A stretch of DNA of 64,000 nucleotides from contig OZ246418.1 of NCBI GenBank assembly GCA_965231155.1, positions 573,710-637,709 of the forward strand, written 5' to 3'. Source of the stretch: an uncultured Candidatus Saccharibacteria bacterium. GTDB lineage: Bacteria > Patescibacteriota > Minisyncoccia > UBA6257 > 2-01-FULL-56-20. Position numbers and translations under genes: made by a program. Positions 28,983-38,294 of this stretch are shown in pieces; position 1 is the first letter of the stretch, and every line of letters begins with the position of its first letter. The notes under the pieces were generated by a model. The model worked only from the letters and a program-made list of their open reading frames with translations, had not been told where the DNA came from and did no database searches.

Positions 28983-29858
28983 TTAGCGAGAAGGAAGATC
29001 TATCCATTCGATCTCCTTATCCCTTTTAAACCACGTCATCTGGCGTTTGGCATAGCGATAGCTTTCAGTTTCGAGCTGTTGGATCATTTCGCTTTTTGTA
29101 ATTAGTCCGCGGAGGTAGCGTGAGATATAACGATACTCTAGGCCAAGATCTTCAAGTCGTTTGTGGGTGATTTTCTTTGTGGCGAGGAGATTTTGCACTT
29201 CTCGGATCATACCCTTTTTGAAACGTTTCTGTAGTCGTTGATTGATGAGAATCTTTAATTCTTCTGGATCTCTCCGAAGGCCAATTTTAGTGACTTCATA
29301 GGGGGAGGTTTTTTTGAGAACTTCTTCCAAAGAAGGAATTGATTGCACGCTGAGAATCTCCAAGGCGCGAATGAGACGTCGGCGGTTGTGGGGGTCGATA
29401 TTTGAAGCACGCTGTGGATCTAGTATTTTGAGTTTTGAGAATAATTTTTCAGTGTCTAATTTTTCTAACTCTTTACGAAGTATGAGATTTGGTTTTACTT
29501 TCGGAATCAAATAGTCGTAGACGAGGGCGTCGATATAGAGTCCGGTTCCGCCAACGATAATAGGGAGTTTGCCTTTAGCGATGATTTTTTTAATTGCTTG
29601 GCGACCGAGTTTTTGATAACGAGTAACACTGAAAGTTCTTTTTGGATCAGCGACATCTAAGAGATAATGAGATACCCCCTTCATTTCTTTTTCAGTAATT
29701 TTTCCGGTGCCGATATCTAAACCTTTATAGACCTGACGAGAGTCGGCTGAGATGATTTCGCCATTCAGTTTTTTGGCTAATCGCACGCCAAGATCGGACT
29801 TGCCACTTGAAGTGGGGCCGAGAATGACGAGGATTTTTGGTTTAGGAGTTTGCGTCAC
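28983..29858 (-). CDS. miaA: tRNA dimethylallyltransferase
   Basis: P-loop GPTSSGKS, with ISADSRQVYKGLDIGTGK. Confidence 0.9.
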   Translation of the reverse strand: MTQTPKPKILVILGPTSSGKSDLGVRLAKKLNGEIISADSRQVYKGLDIGTGKITEKEMKGVSHYLLDVADPKRTFSVTRYQKLGRQAIKKIIAKGKLPIIVGGTGLYIDALVYDYLIPKVKPNLILRKELEKLDTEKLFSKLKILDPQRASNIDPHNRRRLIRALEILSVQSIPSLEEVLKKTSPYEVTKIGLRRDPEELKILINQRLQKRFKKGMIREVQNLLATKKITHKRLEDLGLEYRYISRYLRGLITKSEMIQQLETESYRYAKRQMTWFKRDKEIEWIDLPSR

Positions 29859-29863
29859 AAGAA

Positions 29864-31627
29864 CTAAGCAGTCTTCTGGGTAATTTCTTCTTGGATTTTC
29901 GCAACGAGATCCGATGTGGCGAGAGTGCCTTCCTGGCCACGGCTGTAGTGACGGATGCTGACAGTGCCTTCAGTTTGTTCTTTTTCGCCCACAACTAAAA
30001 CGTAAGGAATCTTTTTCATCTCTGATTCGCGGATGCGCTTGCCGAGGGTTTGGTCGAGTTCGCTCATTTCAGCACGGATGCCGGAGGCGCGAAGAGTTTC
30101 TCGAATTTCTTCGCCATATTCAGCAAACTTTTCACTAACGGGCAAGATGATGGCTTGAACCGGGGAGAGCCAGACTGGGAAGGCGCCGGCGTAGTGTTCG
30201 ATAAGGAATGCCATAAAACGTTCATGGGTGCTCAGGGGCGCACGGTGGATTACGAATACCTCATTGTTGTCCTTACCTTCGTTATCATGATACGTGAGGG
30301 AGAACCGTTTTTTGGCTGCAAAGTCGAGCTGAATTGTGGACATTGTTTCCTCTCTTCCAATGACTGATTTGAACTGTACATCAAGCTTTGGTCCATAGAA
30401 TGCAGCCTCGCCACTTACTTCGATAAATTTAGCTCCTGATTCCTCGAGGACTTTTCTCAAAACTCCTTCGGCAAATTTCCAGTTGGTTGGTTCGTTGATG
30501 TATTTATTTTTGTTTTTTGGATCCCATTTTGATAGGCGGAACCAGTAATCTTTCAGTCCGAAGATTTCAAAATACTCCATCGTCATTTTAAGCACCTGTT
30601 TCATCTCATCTTCGATCTGATCTTTTCGACAGTAGATGTGGGCGTCATTCATCGAGAGCATTCGTACGCGCAGGAGTCCGGCGAGTGTGCCTGAGAGTTC
30701 ATTTCTGTAAACCGTACCGTACTCAGCTAGACGGAGCGGTAGATCGCGATAACTTCTCGGCTGGGCTCGATAGATGATGTGGTGAAGCGGACAGTTCATC
30801 GCTTTTAAGTAGTAGGTGCCATCATCCATCTTCATAGCGGGGTACATATCTTCCTCGTAGTAGGGAAGATGGCCGGACATTAAGAACAGTTCTTTTTTGG
30901 CCAGGTGTGGAGTTGATACTCGTTTGTAGCCATATTTTTCTTCTGTTTCAACTGCCATTTTTTCTATTTGATCACGAAGCAGCATTCCGTTTGGTAGCCA
31001 GAGGGGGAGGCCTTTTCCTACGAGATCATCGATTACAAAGATGCCAAGTTCCTGACCGATTTTACGGTGGTCTCGTTTTTTGGCTTCCTCGAGCATAGCG
31101 AGATGTTTCTGGAGCTCATCTTTGGTTTCGAAGGCGATGCCATAAATACGAGTGAGTTGGGGATTTTTTTCATTACCTTTCCAGTAGGCGCCAGCAACTT
31201 TATCCAAAACGAATGCATCAGGATTGATCTCTTTCGTATTCTTCACGTGTCCGCCTTTGCAGAGATCGGTGAAGATTGTACCGGTTGAGTAGGCTGTGAG
31301 TGGTTTTTTGTCTTTAGTAAAGTCTTTGATGAGCTCGAGTTTGAATGGTTGATCTTTAAACATTCGCTTGGCTACTAACGGGGTGATTTTTTTACCACTA
31401 ATAGGAAGATTCATTCTGATATACTCACGCATCGTTTTCTCGATCTCTTTTAGTTCCTCTGGTGTGAGGGGACGGGGGAGTTTGAAGTCGTAATAAAAAC
31501 CGTTTTCGATGACTGGTCCAATACCGAGTTTCGCTTTGGGGAATTTTTTAAGGACGGCAGCGGCTAAAAGGTGGGCCAGGGAGTGGCGCAAGGCATCGTT
31601 CTTATTGATTTCTTCTTTTTGAGGCAT
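29864..31627 (-). CDS. thrS: Threonyl-tRNA synthetase lacking the N-terminal TGS domain
   Basis: It begins at the editing-domain motif HSLAHLLAAAV...GPVIENGFYYDF, followed by a class II catalytic core and a C-terminal anticodon-binding domain; 587 aa. Confidence 0.9.
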   Translation of the reverse strand: MPQKEEINKNDALRHSLAHLLAAAVLKKFPKAKLGIGPVIENGFYYDFKLPRPLTPEELKEIEKTMREYIRMNLPISGKKITPLVAKRMFKDQPFKLELIKDFTKDKKPLTAYSTGTIFTDLCKGGHVKNTKEINPDAFVLDKVAGAYWKGNEKNPQLTRIYGIAFETKDELQKHLAMLEEAKKRDHRKIGQELGIFVIDDLVGKGLPLWLPNGMLLRDQIEKMAVETEEKYGYKRVSTPHLAKKELFLMSGHLPYYEEDMYPAMKMDDGTYYLKAMNCPLHHIIYRAQPRSYRDLPLRLAEYGTVYRNELSGTLAGLLRVRMLSMNDAHIYCRKDQIEDEMKQVLKMTMEYFEIFGLKDYWFRLSKWDPKNKNKYINEPTNWKFAEGVLRKVLEESGAKFIEVSGEAAFYGPKLDVQFKSVIGREETMSTIQLDFAAKKRFSLTYHDNEGKDNNEVFVIHRAPLSTHERFMAFLIEHYAGAFPVWLSPVQAIILPVSEKFAEYGEEIRETLRASGIRAEMSELDQTLGKRIRESEMKKIPYVLVVGEKEQTEGTVSIRHYSRGQEGTLATSDLVAKIQEEITQKTA

Positions 31628-31690
31628 ACGTCGGATTATAGGGAAAAACGGACTTTTTTGGAAGGGTGGTAGCTACTTAGGAATAAAAAA

Positions 31691-31719
31691 ACTGCGCATG
31701 GATTTTCATCGAGCGCAGT
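31691..31719 (-). terminator. Terminator hairpin overlapping the stop of gene 31706-32344
   Basis: Stem actgcgc / gcgcagt with a T-run on the minus strand (A7 on plus at 31684-31690). Confidence 0.45.
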
Positions 31720-32344
31720 TGATGAGAGGAGATACTCCTGCCATCTTTTGTAGGTAGTTTTCGAACGCCAACTGATTTTTCGACCAGTAATAGAAGACAC
31801 CGCCGTCCGGACAACCGATTTGATCTAGCCAGTCAAGATCGAAGATCATCCCAAAATAGCGGTTGAGATGCGTTGCTGGCCAGGTGTAATCAATGGCTTT
31901 TCCCGCTTGAACATTCCAGGCGTGAAGCATTGGTCCCGAGGGAGAGACCGCGAAACCTTCAGCGTACTGGAGACCGTACTTTCTGGCCATGCTGGCGGTG
32001 TTGTAAAAACAACACCAGGAATGTAGGTCTTCCTCCTTAAAACCACGGACGAACTCTTCCTGAGGGAGATTTCCCGCTTCGAAGTTTCGGCCATGCTTCA
32101 AAAGGAGGGAGACCCAGGACTGACCTCTACCTCTTTCCCAGGAAAGGGCCTGGTAGGCAGAGGGCATTTTCCCAAGAACACTGGCAAGGGCCAGACGCTC
32201 CATTTCCCCTTGGGGTTTCTGCAATGACTCAGCGATTCCAATAACAACCTTAGGATCGCCATCGATTTCGGTTCCCCGACTGAATCTCAGCCAAAGCCCA
32301 TCCCTTTCCCTCGATGCTCTGAAGGAAATCCTTTCCATATCCAT
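31706..32344 (-). CDS. Divergent transglutaminase-like (papain-fold) protein on a GC-elevated islet
   Basis: Cys motif WCCFYNTASMARKYGLQYAEGFAV aligns with C-x-x-F-[AV]-x-L-x-R-x-x-G-I-P-A-R-x-V-x-G of transglutaminase-like cores. This is followed by HAWNV (His) and FDLDW (Asp). GC is visibly higher than in the flanks. Confidence 0.45.
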   Translation of the reverse strand: MDMERISFRASRERDGLWLRFSRGTEIDGDPKVVIGIAESLQKPQGEMERLALASVLGKMPSAYQALSWERGRGQSWVSLLLKHGRNFEAGNLPQEEFVRGFKEEDLHSWCCFYNTASMARKYGLQYAEGFAVSPSGPMLHAWNVQAGKAIDYTWPATHLNRYFGMIFDLDWLDQIGCPDGGVFYYWSKNQLAFENYLQKMAGVSPLINCAR

Positions 32345-32478
32345 TCCTTTCTCGCTGAGACATTTTATACATGAGAATAATAGATTAGTCCATATGACTA
32401 CAGTCTATGCTCCTACTTTACATTACCTCAGGGATGTTCTATAAATTTTGCAGTTATTTTTTCCAAGAGGAGGTAGCG

Positions 32479-32766
32479 GTGGAAGAAACCATCGAGGGAA
32501 TCATCGTTCGGAGGGGTGGTAAGTTTCTCAGTCGTGCTCGTCGATGGGTGCGACACCGGAATAAGAGGCACACGAGGGGAGTCGAGCGCGCGTTCGTTCA
32601 CGACCCCGTTGCCATGCTCTGCTCAGAGTTGTGGCAGGAGGATGATGGAGTGGAGGTCCTCTCGGCGGTCTATGACCGCAGGACCGATTCCACGGTGGTT
32701 GCACAGGAGGTCTGGACTCCGTTTCGGCAGTTCCAGGCTCTTGTAGCCATTGAATCCTTGGATTGA
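32479..32766 (+). CDS. Small basic hypothetical protein divergent from 31706-32344 (start taken at GTG)
   Basis: AGGAGG, 5 nt, then GTG at 32479. The track ORF starts at the ATG at 32407, which lies in AT-rich promoter-like sequence. ~95 aa, Arg-rich (RRWVRHRNKRHTRG), GC-rich coding sequence. Confidence 0.35.
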   Translation: MEETIEGIIVRRGGKFLSRARRWVRHRNKRHTRGVERAFVHDPVAMLCSELWQEDDGVEVLSAVYDRRTDSTVVAQEVWTPFRQFQALVAIESLD

Positions 32767-32844
32767 TAAGCGATAAGGGGACTCCCTTGTTGCTTTTTTT
32801 TATTTGCTTAACAAGCGTCTTAATCCGTTGTATATTGGTCAGAT

Positions 32845-34122
32845 ATGATTGATGTGAAACTGCTCCGAGAGGAGCCGGAAAGGGTGAAAACGGGTATTGC
32901 TAAAAAGAATAAGGATCCTAAGTTGGTGGATCAGTTTTTAGCGTTGGATAATGACTGGCGGAAGCTGACCAAGGAGGCAGATGAACTTCGTGCTGAACAG
33001 AAGAAAGTGGCGGCGGCACGCGATATTGAGGGAGGAAAGCAGTTAAAAACTAAGCTTAAAGAGCTTGAGGAGAAAATTGGGCAGTTAATTACTGAACGAG
33101 ATGAGATTTGGGATAAGATTCCGAACTTGCCTTTTGACGAGGTGATTGTCGGTAAGGATGAGTCCGAAAATCAGCCTATTCGGAAATGGGGTGAGCCAAC
33201 GAAATTTGATTTTGAACCAAAGGATCATCTGGATATCGGAGAAGCTCTTGGTTTGATTGATGTGAAGAAAGCGAGCGAGATTTCTGGTTCTCGTTTTGCC
33301 TATCTGAAAGGCGATGTGGCGATGTTGGAATTTGCTATTGTTTCGTTTGTGTTCAACACACTTCAGGACCAGTCGGTTTTGAAGGTGATTGCCGAAAAAG
33401 TGAAACCAGGATTTTCACCAAAGCCATTTATTCCCGTGGTGCCTCCTCAGATGATTCGGCCAGAAGTGTTTAAGCGAATGGGTCGTTTAGAGCCAAAAGA
33501 GGAGCGGTATCATATTCCTTCTGACGATATGTATCTGATCGGTAGTGCTGAACATACCTTAGGGCCATTGCATATGGATGAGATTATTCCTGAGGAGCAG
33601 TTGCCAATTCGGTATGTCGGTTTTTCAACGAGCTATCGTCGAGAGGCGGGAACGTATGGGAAGGACATGAAGGGGATCCTCAGAGTTCATCAGTTTGATA
33701 AGTTGGAGATGGAGACATTTTCTTTGCCGGAGGATTCAACTGCTGAACAGGATTTTATTGTGGGGATTCAGGAGTATTTAGTGCAGGCGTTGGAGTTGCC
33801 CTATCAGGTGGTTTCTATATGTACCGGTGATATGGGAGGGCCGGATGCACGACAGATCGATATCGAGACATGGTTGCCGGGTCAGAACCAGTATCGTGAA
33901 ACGCATACTTCTGATCTGATGACTGACTATCAGTCGCGTCGTTTGAATACGCGAGTTCGACGAACCGACGGTACGCTACAACTCGTTCATATGAATGATG
34001 CTACGGCGTTCGCGATTGGTCGGATTTTGATTGCGATCATCGAGAACTATCAGACTAAGGAGGGAAAGATTCGTGTACCTAAAGTGTTGCAGGCGTATAT
34101 GGGCAAGGAGGTGATTGGTTAG
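32845..34122 (+). CDS. serS: Seryl-tRNA synthetase
   Basis: N-terminal coiled-coil arm and class II motifs (FSTSYRREAG, GDMGGPDARQIDIETW); 425 aa. Confidence 0.95.
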   Translation: MIDVKLLREEPERVKTGIAKKNKDPKLVDQFLALDNDWRKLTKEADELRAEQKKVAAARDIEGGKQLKTKLKELEEKIGQLITERDEIWDKIPNLPFDEVIVGKDESENQPIRKWGEPTKFDFEPKDHLDIGEALGLIDVKKASEISGSRFAYLKGDVAMLEFAIVSFVFNTLQDQSVLKVIAEKVKPGFSPKPFIPVVPPQMIRPEVFKRMGRLEPKEERYHIPSDDMYLIGSAEHTLGPLHMDEIIPEEQLPIRYVGFSTSYRREAGTYGKDMKGILRVHQFDKLEMETFSLPEDSTAEQDFIVGIQEYLVQALELPYQVVSICTGDMGGPDARQIDIETWLPGQNQYRETHTSDLMTDYQSRRLNTRVRRTDGTLQLVHMNDATAFAIGRILIAIIENYQTKEGKIRVPKVLQAYMGKEVIG

Positions 34123-34162
34123 TTTTTTTAAAAAATAACGACCGCTTTTTTCATTCAATCGT

Positions 34163-35119
34163 ATGCTTGAAATTATTCAACGACTTAAAGAAAAAGTTGG
34201 TCTGGCTTTCTATCTCCACCCACAAAAATACGACATATCCTGCGAGGTGGTTTTGAAAAACATTGCTTCTGGTACGAAAGATTTCCATTTGATCCTACCA
34301 TTGCCTCGAGATGGATCTGGGCAGAGAGTTTTGGTTCAACCGGTAGTTTTTCCTCATCCACGGAACGTTAAGAAAGATCAGACGTTTAATAATCCATATG
34401 CCGTTTTTGTGGGTACGGCAGAGGCGGGAGAGAATTTAATCTTTCGTTACACTGCTCAGATTACGACTGAACCTCGTGATGTTCTTCCAAATCAGACATT
34501 TACTTCAACAGATTACGATCGGCTTGTACCAGGAGAATTGACGATGTGGACTCGTCCAACTTTTCATATTGATTCTCGCGATCCTCGAGTTCTGGCTTTG
34601 GCTGAGGAGGCGAAAAAAGGCGCCAGTGATGTTTCTTCTATACTGAATAATTTAAATGAGTTTGTTATACAACGACTGAAATATGGAGCACCGATCGATG
34701 GACTATATACCGTCGATCAGGTTTTAAAAAATGATCAGGTTGATTGTGGTGGTTTCGACGTCCTTTTTGTTTCTTTGTGCAGAGTGTTGGGAATTCCGGC
34801 TCGATTGGTTAGTGGTTTTTGGATTGGACACAAAAAAAATACGATGCATGCCTGGGCCGAAGTACTACTGCCGGATGGCCAGTGGCTTCCTCTCGATCCG
34901 TCTGTTGAGTATCTTTCGCGGAAGGGACGAACATTGAAAAGTGGGCGCTTGGGATTCGTGGGAAGTGATCGACTGGTTCTTTCTTACGATGCTGATGTAC
35001 CGATTGAGATTGATGGCCAGAAAGTGACCGCCGATTTATTACAGCATCCTTTTTTGGTATCCGCTGAGGAGCGTACTCATTTCTCGATTAGTACTAACAT
35101 TACTGCACAAAGACTATGA
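34163..35119 (+). CDS. Transglutaminase-like domain protein
   Basis: Classical core QVDCGGFDVLFVSLCRVLGIPARLVSGFW ... HAWAEVLLPDGQWLPLDPS, giving the Cys-His-Asp triad. Confidence 0.7.
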   Translation: MLEIIQRLKEKVGLAFYLHPQKYDISCEVVLKNIASGTKDFHLILPLPRDGSGQRVLVQPVVFPHPRNVKKDQTFNNPYAVFVGTAEAGENLIFRYTAQITTEPRDVLPNQTFTSTDYDRLVPGELTMWTRPTFHIDSRDPRVLALAEEAKKGASDVSSILNNLNEFVIQRLKYGAPIDGLYTVDQVLKNDQVDCGGFDVLFVSLCRVLGIPARLVSGFWIGHKKNTMHAWAEVLLPDGQWLPLDPSVEYLSRKGRTLKSGRLGFVGSDRLVLSYDADVPIEIDGQKVTADLLQHPFLVSAEERTHFSISTNITAQRL

Positions 35120-36360
35120 TGCGTTCTATTTTCACAAGTCTCTCGCCGAACCTAGAGAAGGACGATGCCTTCTTGGCGTTAAAGCTTATCTTCCGTCCAT
35201 GGCTGTGGCAGGAGGGAGGGGCGGTGGCTGAGTTAGAAAAAATATTTGAGCGTGATTTCAAGACTGATCATGCTGTGGCGTTCGAGTCTGGGAGAACGAG
35301 CTTGACCACACTGTTAGAAACAGCGAACTTACTACCCGGAGATGAGGTGGCAGTGCAGGCTTACACCTGTGTGGCGGTGCCGAATGCGGTGTTGTGGGCA
35401 GGACTGAAACCACTCTATATCGATTGTGATAATCAGACTCTTGTAATGTCAGTAGATGACCTAGAAAAAAAGATTACTGCTCGGACGAAGGCGGTTATCG
35501 TGCAACATACATTTGGCCAGCCAGCGGAGATGAAAAAGATTTTGCGGATGGCACGGAAATACGAACTTATTGTTATCGAAGACTGTGCGCATGTTATCGG
35601 AGGTATGTATCAGGGAAAATTACTAGGCACCTGGGGAGATGCCAGTTTTTTTAGTTTTGGTCGTGATAAACCAATTTCCAGCATATTTGGAGGTATGGTT
35701 ATCACTAATAATAGTGCTTGGGCGGAGAGATTGAGAGCGAGGCGTGAGAGGTATCCATTGCCAAGTCGATGGTGGGTGTTCCAGCAGTTATATCACCCTA
35801 TCGCTTTTTTCAAGATAAAAACTCTGTATGATTTTGCTGGCTTAGGACAGGTGATATTTCAGATAGTGAAAAAGCTAGGACTTGTTTCGAAGGCAGTCCA
35901 TCAGCTAGAGCGACAAGGGGAGCGTCCGCCTTTTGTGTTTCATCGTATGCCCAATGCGTTGGCCCTTCTTGCGTTACATCAGTATGATAAACTTGAGAAG
36001 TTTAATGCACATCGGAAAAGAATCGCTAATCTTTACAAGGAATATCTCGGCGGTGGTCAGTTAACGAAAGAGGTTGGAGAGGAGGTATTTTATTTGCGAT
36101 TTCCTTTGCGACTCAGGAATCCACGGGGATTAATGAAGGCAGCGAGACTAGAAAAGATTTATTTAGGGGACTGGTATGATACGCCGATCGCCCCTCGCGG
36201 AGTGAGTTATCAGAGAATTAGTTATCAGCTAGGAAGTTGTCCTGTGGCGGAGGAGGTGGCTCGTCAGATGGTCAATTTGCCAACTGACATCCATATTACT
36301 TCTGATGATGTTGAGCGAATCGTCGGTGTTCTCAAAGAGTATCTCGAGGAAAGAGTATGA
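35116..36360 (+). CDS. DegT/DnrJ/EryC1/StrS-family PLP-dependent aminotransferase
   Basis: GDEVAVQAYTCVAVPNAV...VIVQHTFGQPAEM...IEDCAHVIGG...FFSFGRDKPIS (PLP Lys). Overlaps the previous stop (ATGA). Confidence 0.75.
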   Translation: MMRSIFTSLSPNLEKDDAFLALKLIFRPWLWQEGGAVAELEKIFERDFKTDHAVAFESGRTSLTTLLETANLLPGDEVAVQAYTCVAVPNAVLWAGLKPLYIDCDNQTLVMSVDDLEKKITARTKAVIVQHTFGQPAEMKKILRMARKYELIVIEDCAHVIGGMYQGKLLGTWGDASFFSFGRDKPISSIFGGMVITNNSAWAERLRARRERYPLPSRWWVFQQLYHPIAFFKIKTLYDFAGLGQVIFQIVKKLGLVSKAVHQLERQGERPPFVFHRMPNALALLALHQYDKLEKFNAHRKRIANLYKEYLGGGQLTKEVGEEVFYLRFPLRLRNPRGLMKAARLEKIYLGDWYDTPIAPRGVSYQRISYQLGSCPVAEEVARQMVNLPTDIHITSDDVERIVGVLKEYLEERV

Positions 36361-37379
36361 AAATTCAAGAAGTCATATCTAAGGATGTTTGGGAGGATTT
36401 TTTGACTACCCAGCAACCGCACTCATTTTTAACCTCCTGGAACTGGGGGGAGGTTCAGTCTCGTCTCGGTACTCAGATTATCCGACTTGGCGTATTCGAT
36501 GGGGATCGTTTAGTGGCGGTTACTTTAGTTCTTTTTGTGCAGGCTCGGCGAGGTGCCTTTCTTTTTTGTCCTCATGGTCCAGTGATTACTGAAGGAGTAG
36601 ATAGGTATGCTGTCCTTGAGGCGCTTACTCATTTCCTGGTGCAACGCGGGAAAGATTTGGGATGTAGTTTTATAAGAATTAGTTCACTGTTTTTGAACAA
36701 CGAGGAGAATCGGACAATGTTCACGCGATTAGGTTTTCGTGATGCATCGGTTCATCTGATGCATCCGGAGTTAGCCTGGCTTTTGGATGTGCAAAAAGAA
36801 GACGAAGTATTACTGAAGGAGATGCGAAAGACAACACGTTATCTTATCCGCAAGGCAGAGAAGGAGGCGGTGGTTATTAAAGAAGGTACTGACACCGAAG
36901 CGCTAGAAACTTTTTTGAGGGTGTATCGAACCACTGTACATCGTCAGCAATTTACGCCATTCAAGGACGAATCTTTTCGCAGTGAACTCGAGGTTTTTAG
37001 AGCTGATAATCAGGTAAAAATATTTAGAGCGGAGTATGAAGGGAAGGTGATTGCCTCAGCCATCATTATTTTTTATGGCTCATCCGCTTTTTATCATCAC
37101 GGTGCGTCAGACCAGGCCTATAGTCAGATTCCTGGGTCGTACTTACTGCAGTGGCGAGTTATTCAGGAGGCGCGTCAACGAGGGTGCCATTTCTATAATT
37201 TTTGGGGGGTGGTTCGCCCGGAGCAAAAAAAGCATCCTTGGGCTGGACTATCTCTTTTTAAAATGGGGTTTGGAGGATTTGAAGAGGAGTATGTGCATGC
37301 CCAGGATTTTATTGTTTCGTCGCGGTATTGGTTGGTCTATTTTATAGAAAAGATTCGTCGTATTCGACGTGGACTTTAG
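36357..37379 (+). CDS. FemAB-family aminoacyltransferase (peptidoglycan bridge formation)
   Basis: YHHGASDQAYSQIPGSYLLQWRVIQEARQRGCHFYNFWGV is characteristic of the FemX/FemAB GNAT-fold tandem. Overlaps the previous stop. Confidence 0.65.
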   Translation: MKIQEVISKDVWEDFLTTQQPHSFLTSWNWGEVQSRLGTQIIRLGVFDGDRLVAVTLVLFVQARRGAFLFCPHGPVITEGVDRYAVLEALTHFLVQRGKDLGCSFIRISSLFLNNEENRTMFTRLGFRDASVHLMHPELAWLLDVQKEDEVLLKEMRKTTRYLIRKAEKEAVVIKEGTDTEALETFLRVYRTTVHRQQFTPFKDESFRSELEVFRADNQVKIFRAEYEGKVIASAIIIFYGSSAFYHHGASDQAYSQIPGSYLLQWRVIQEARQRGCHFYNFWGVVRPEQKKHPWAGLSLFKMGFGGFEEEYVHAQDFIVSSRYWLVYFIEKIRRIRRGL

Positions 37380-37445
37380 ATCCGAGAGAGCGATTGTGGA
37401 TGAAATAGATTTCTTGATACGGGGAGTGGGGAGTAAGATAGAGGT

Positions 37446-38294
37446 ATGACTTCGTCGAATCCTCGTGAAAAAATGCCACCACGCGTGACAGATTTGCATA
37501 CGCGTGCGCGCGTGCGACGATGGCGAGTGTTCGTGCTTAGTTTGTTTTCTTTAGTAGTTCTTTTTTTTGTTTTTCTTTGGTGGTTACTTTTTCGTTCTTC
37601 ATTTTTTCACTTCAGTCGCGTTGTCGTAGAGGGGAATACTCGACTTACCGATCAGGAGGTTATTAGTCTGCTTAATAAACAGGTTATTGAGCCGAGTTTT
37701 TGGCGTCGTGGTTTGGGAGGAGATAACTTTTTTGCCTGGCCTCGAGTACTTAGTAAGGAGGTAGTCAGTACCTTAGGTAATATTCGTGGAGTTTGGCTTA
37801 CTAAGGATTATTGGAATCATGAATTGAAAATCGTAGTTGAAGAGCGTCAGTTCTTTGGTATTCTTTGCGCGCGAAAGAATGAACTTCCTCAGTGTCTATG
37901 GTTTGATAAAGAGGGATTTTTCTTCGAGGAGGCATTCTTTCCTGATGGATTTCTTGTATTGTATGTTAATGACTATTCTCGTAGCGTTATCCGACTCGGT
38001 GAATTCATCTATCCTTCAGGGAAAAGAGAAAGTGCATTAGCTATTTTTAAGATAGTAGAAGATTTAGGCTTGCCAGTTTCTCACTGGACTATTCGAGAGG
38101 AGGCGCCGGGTGTGATTGAAGTTCAACTGATAGGAGGGCCAACAATATATTTTAGCCTCAAGTTCCCAGCAAGTTATATGGCTCAGGTTACCCAGTCTCT
38201 TATTGGCCAGAAGGGAATCAGTAATCTCCAGTACATAGATTTTCGAACCGAGGGACGAGTTTTCTATAAGGATCAGTCTTGGAAGGTCAACTAA
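37446..38294 (+). CDS. FtsQ/DivIB-like cell division protein
   Basis: Basic N-terminus, a single TM helix (VFVLSLFSLVVLFFVFLWWLL), then a POTRA-like region (FSRVVVEGNTRLTDQEVISLL). Confidence 0.5.
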   Translation: MTSSNPREKMPPRVTDLHTRARVRRWRVFVLSLFSLVVLFFVFLWWLLFRSSFFHFSRVVVEGNTRLTDQEVISLLNKQVIEPSFWRRGLGGDNFFAWPRVLSKEVVSTLGNIRGVWLTKDYWNHELKIVVEERQFFGILCARKNELPQCLWFDKEGFFFEEAFFPDGFLVLYVNDYSRSVIRLGEFIYPSGKRESALAIFKIVEDLGLPVSHWTIREEAPGVIEVQLIGGPTIYFSLKFPASYMAQVTQSLIGQKGISNLQYIDFRTEGRVFYKDQSWKVN

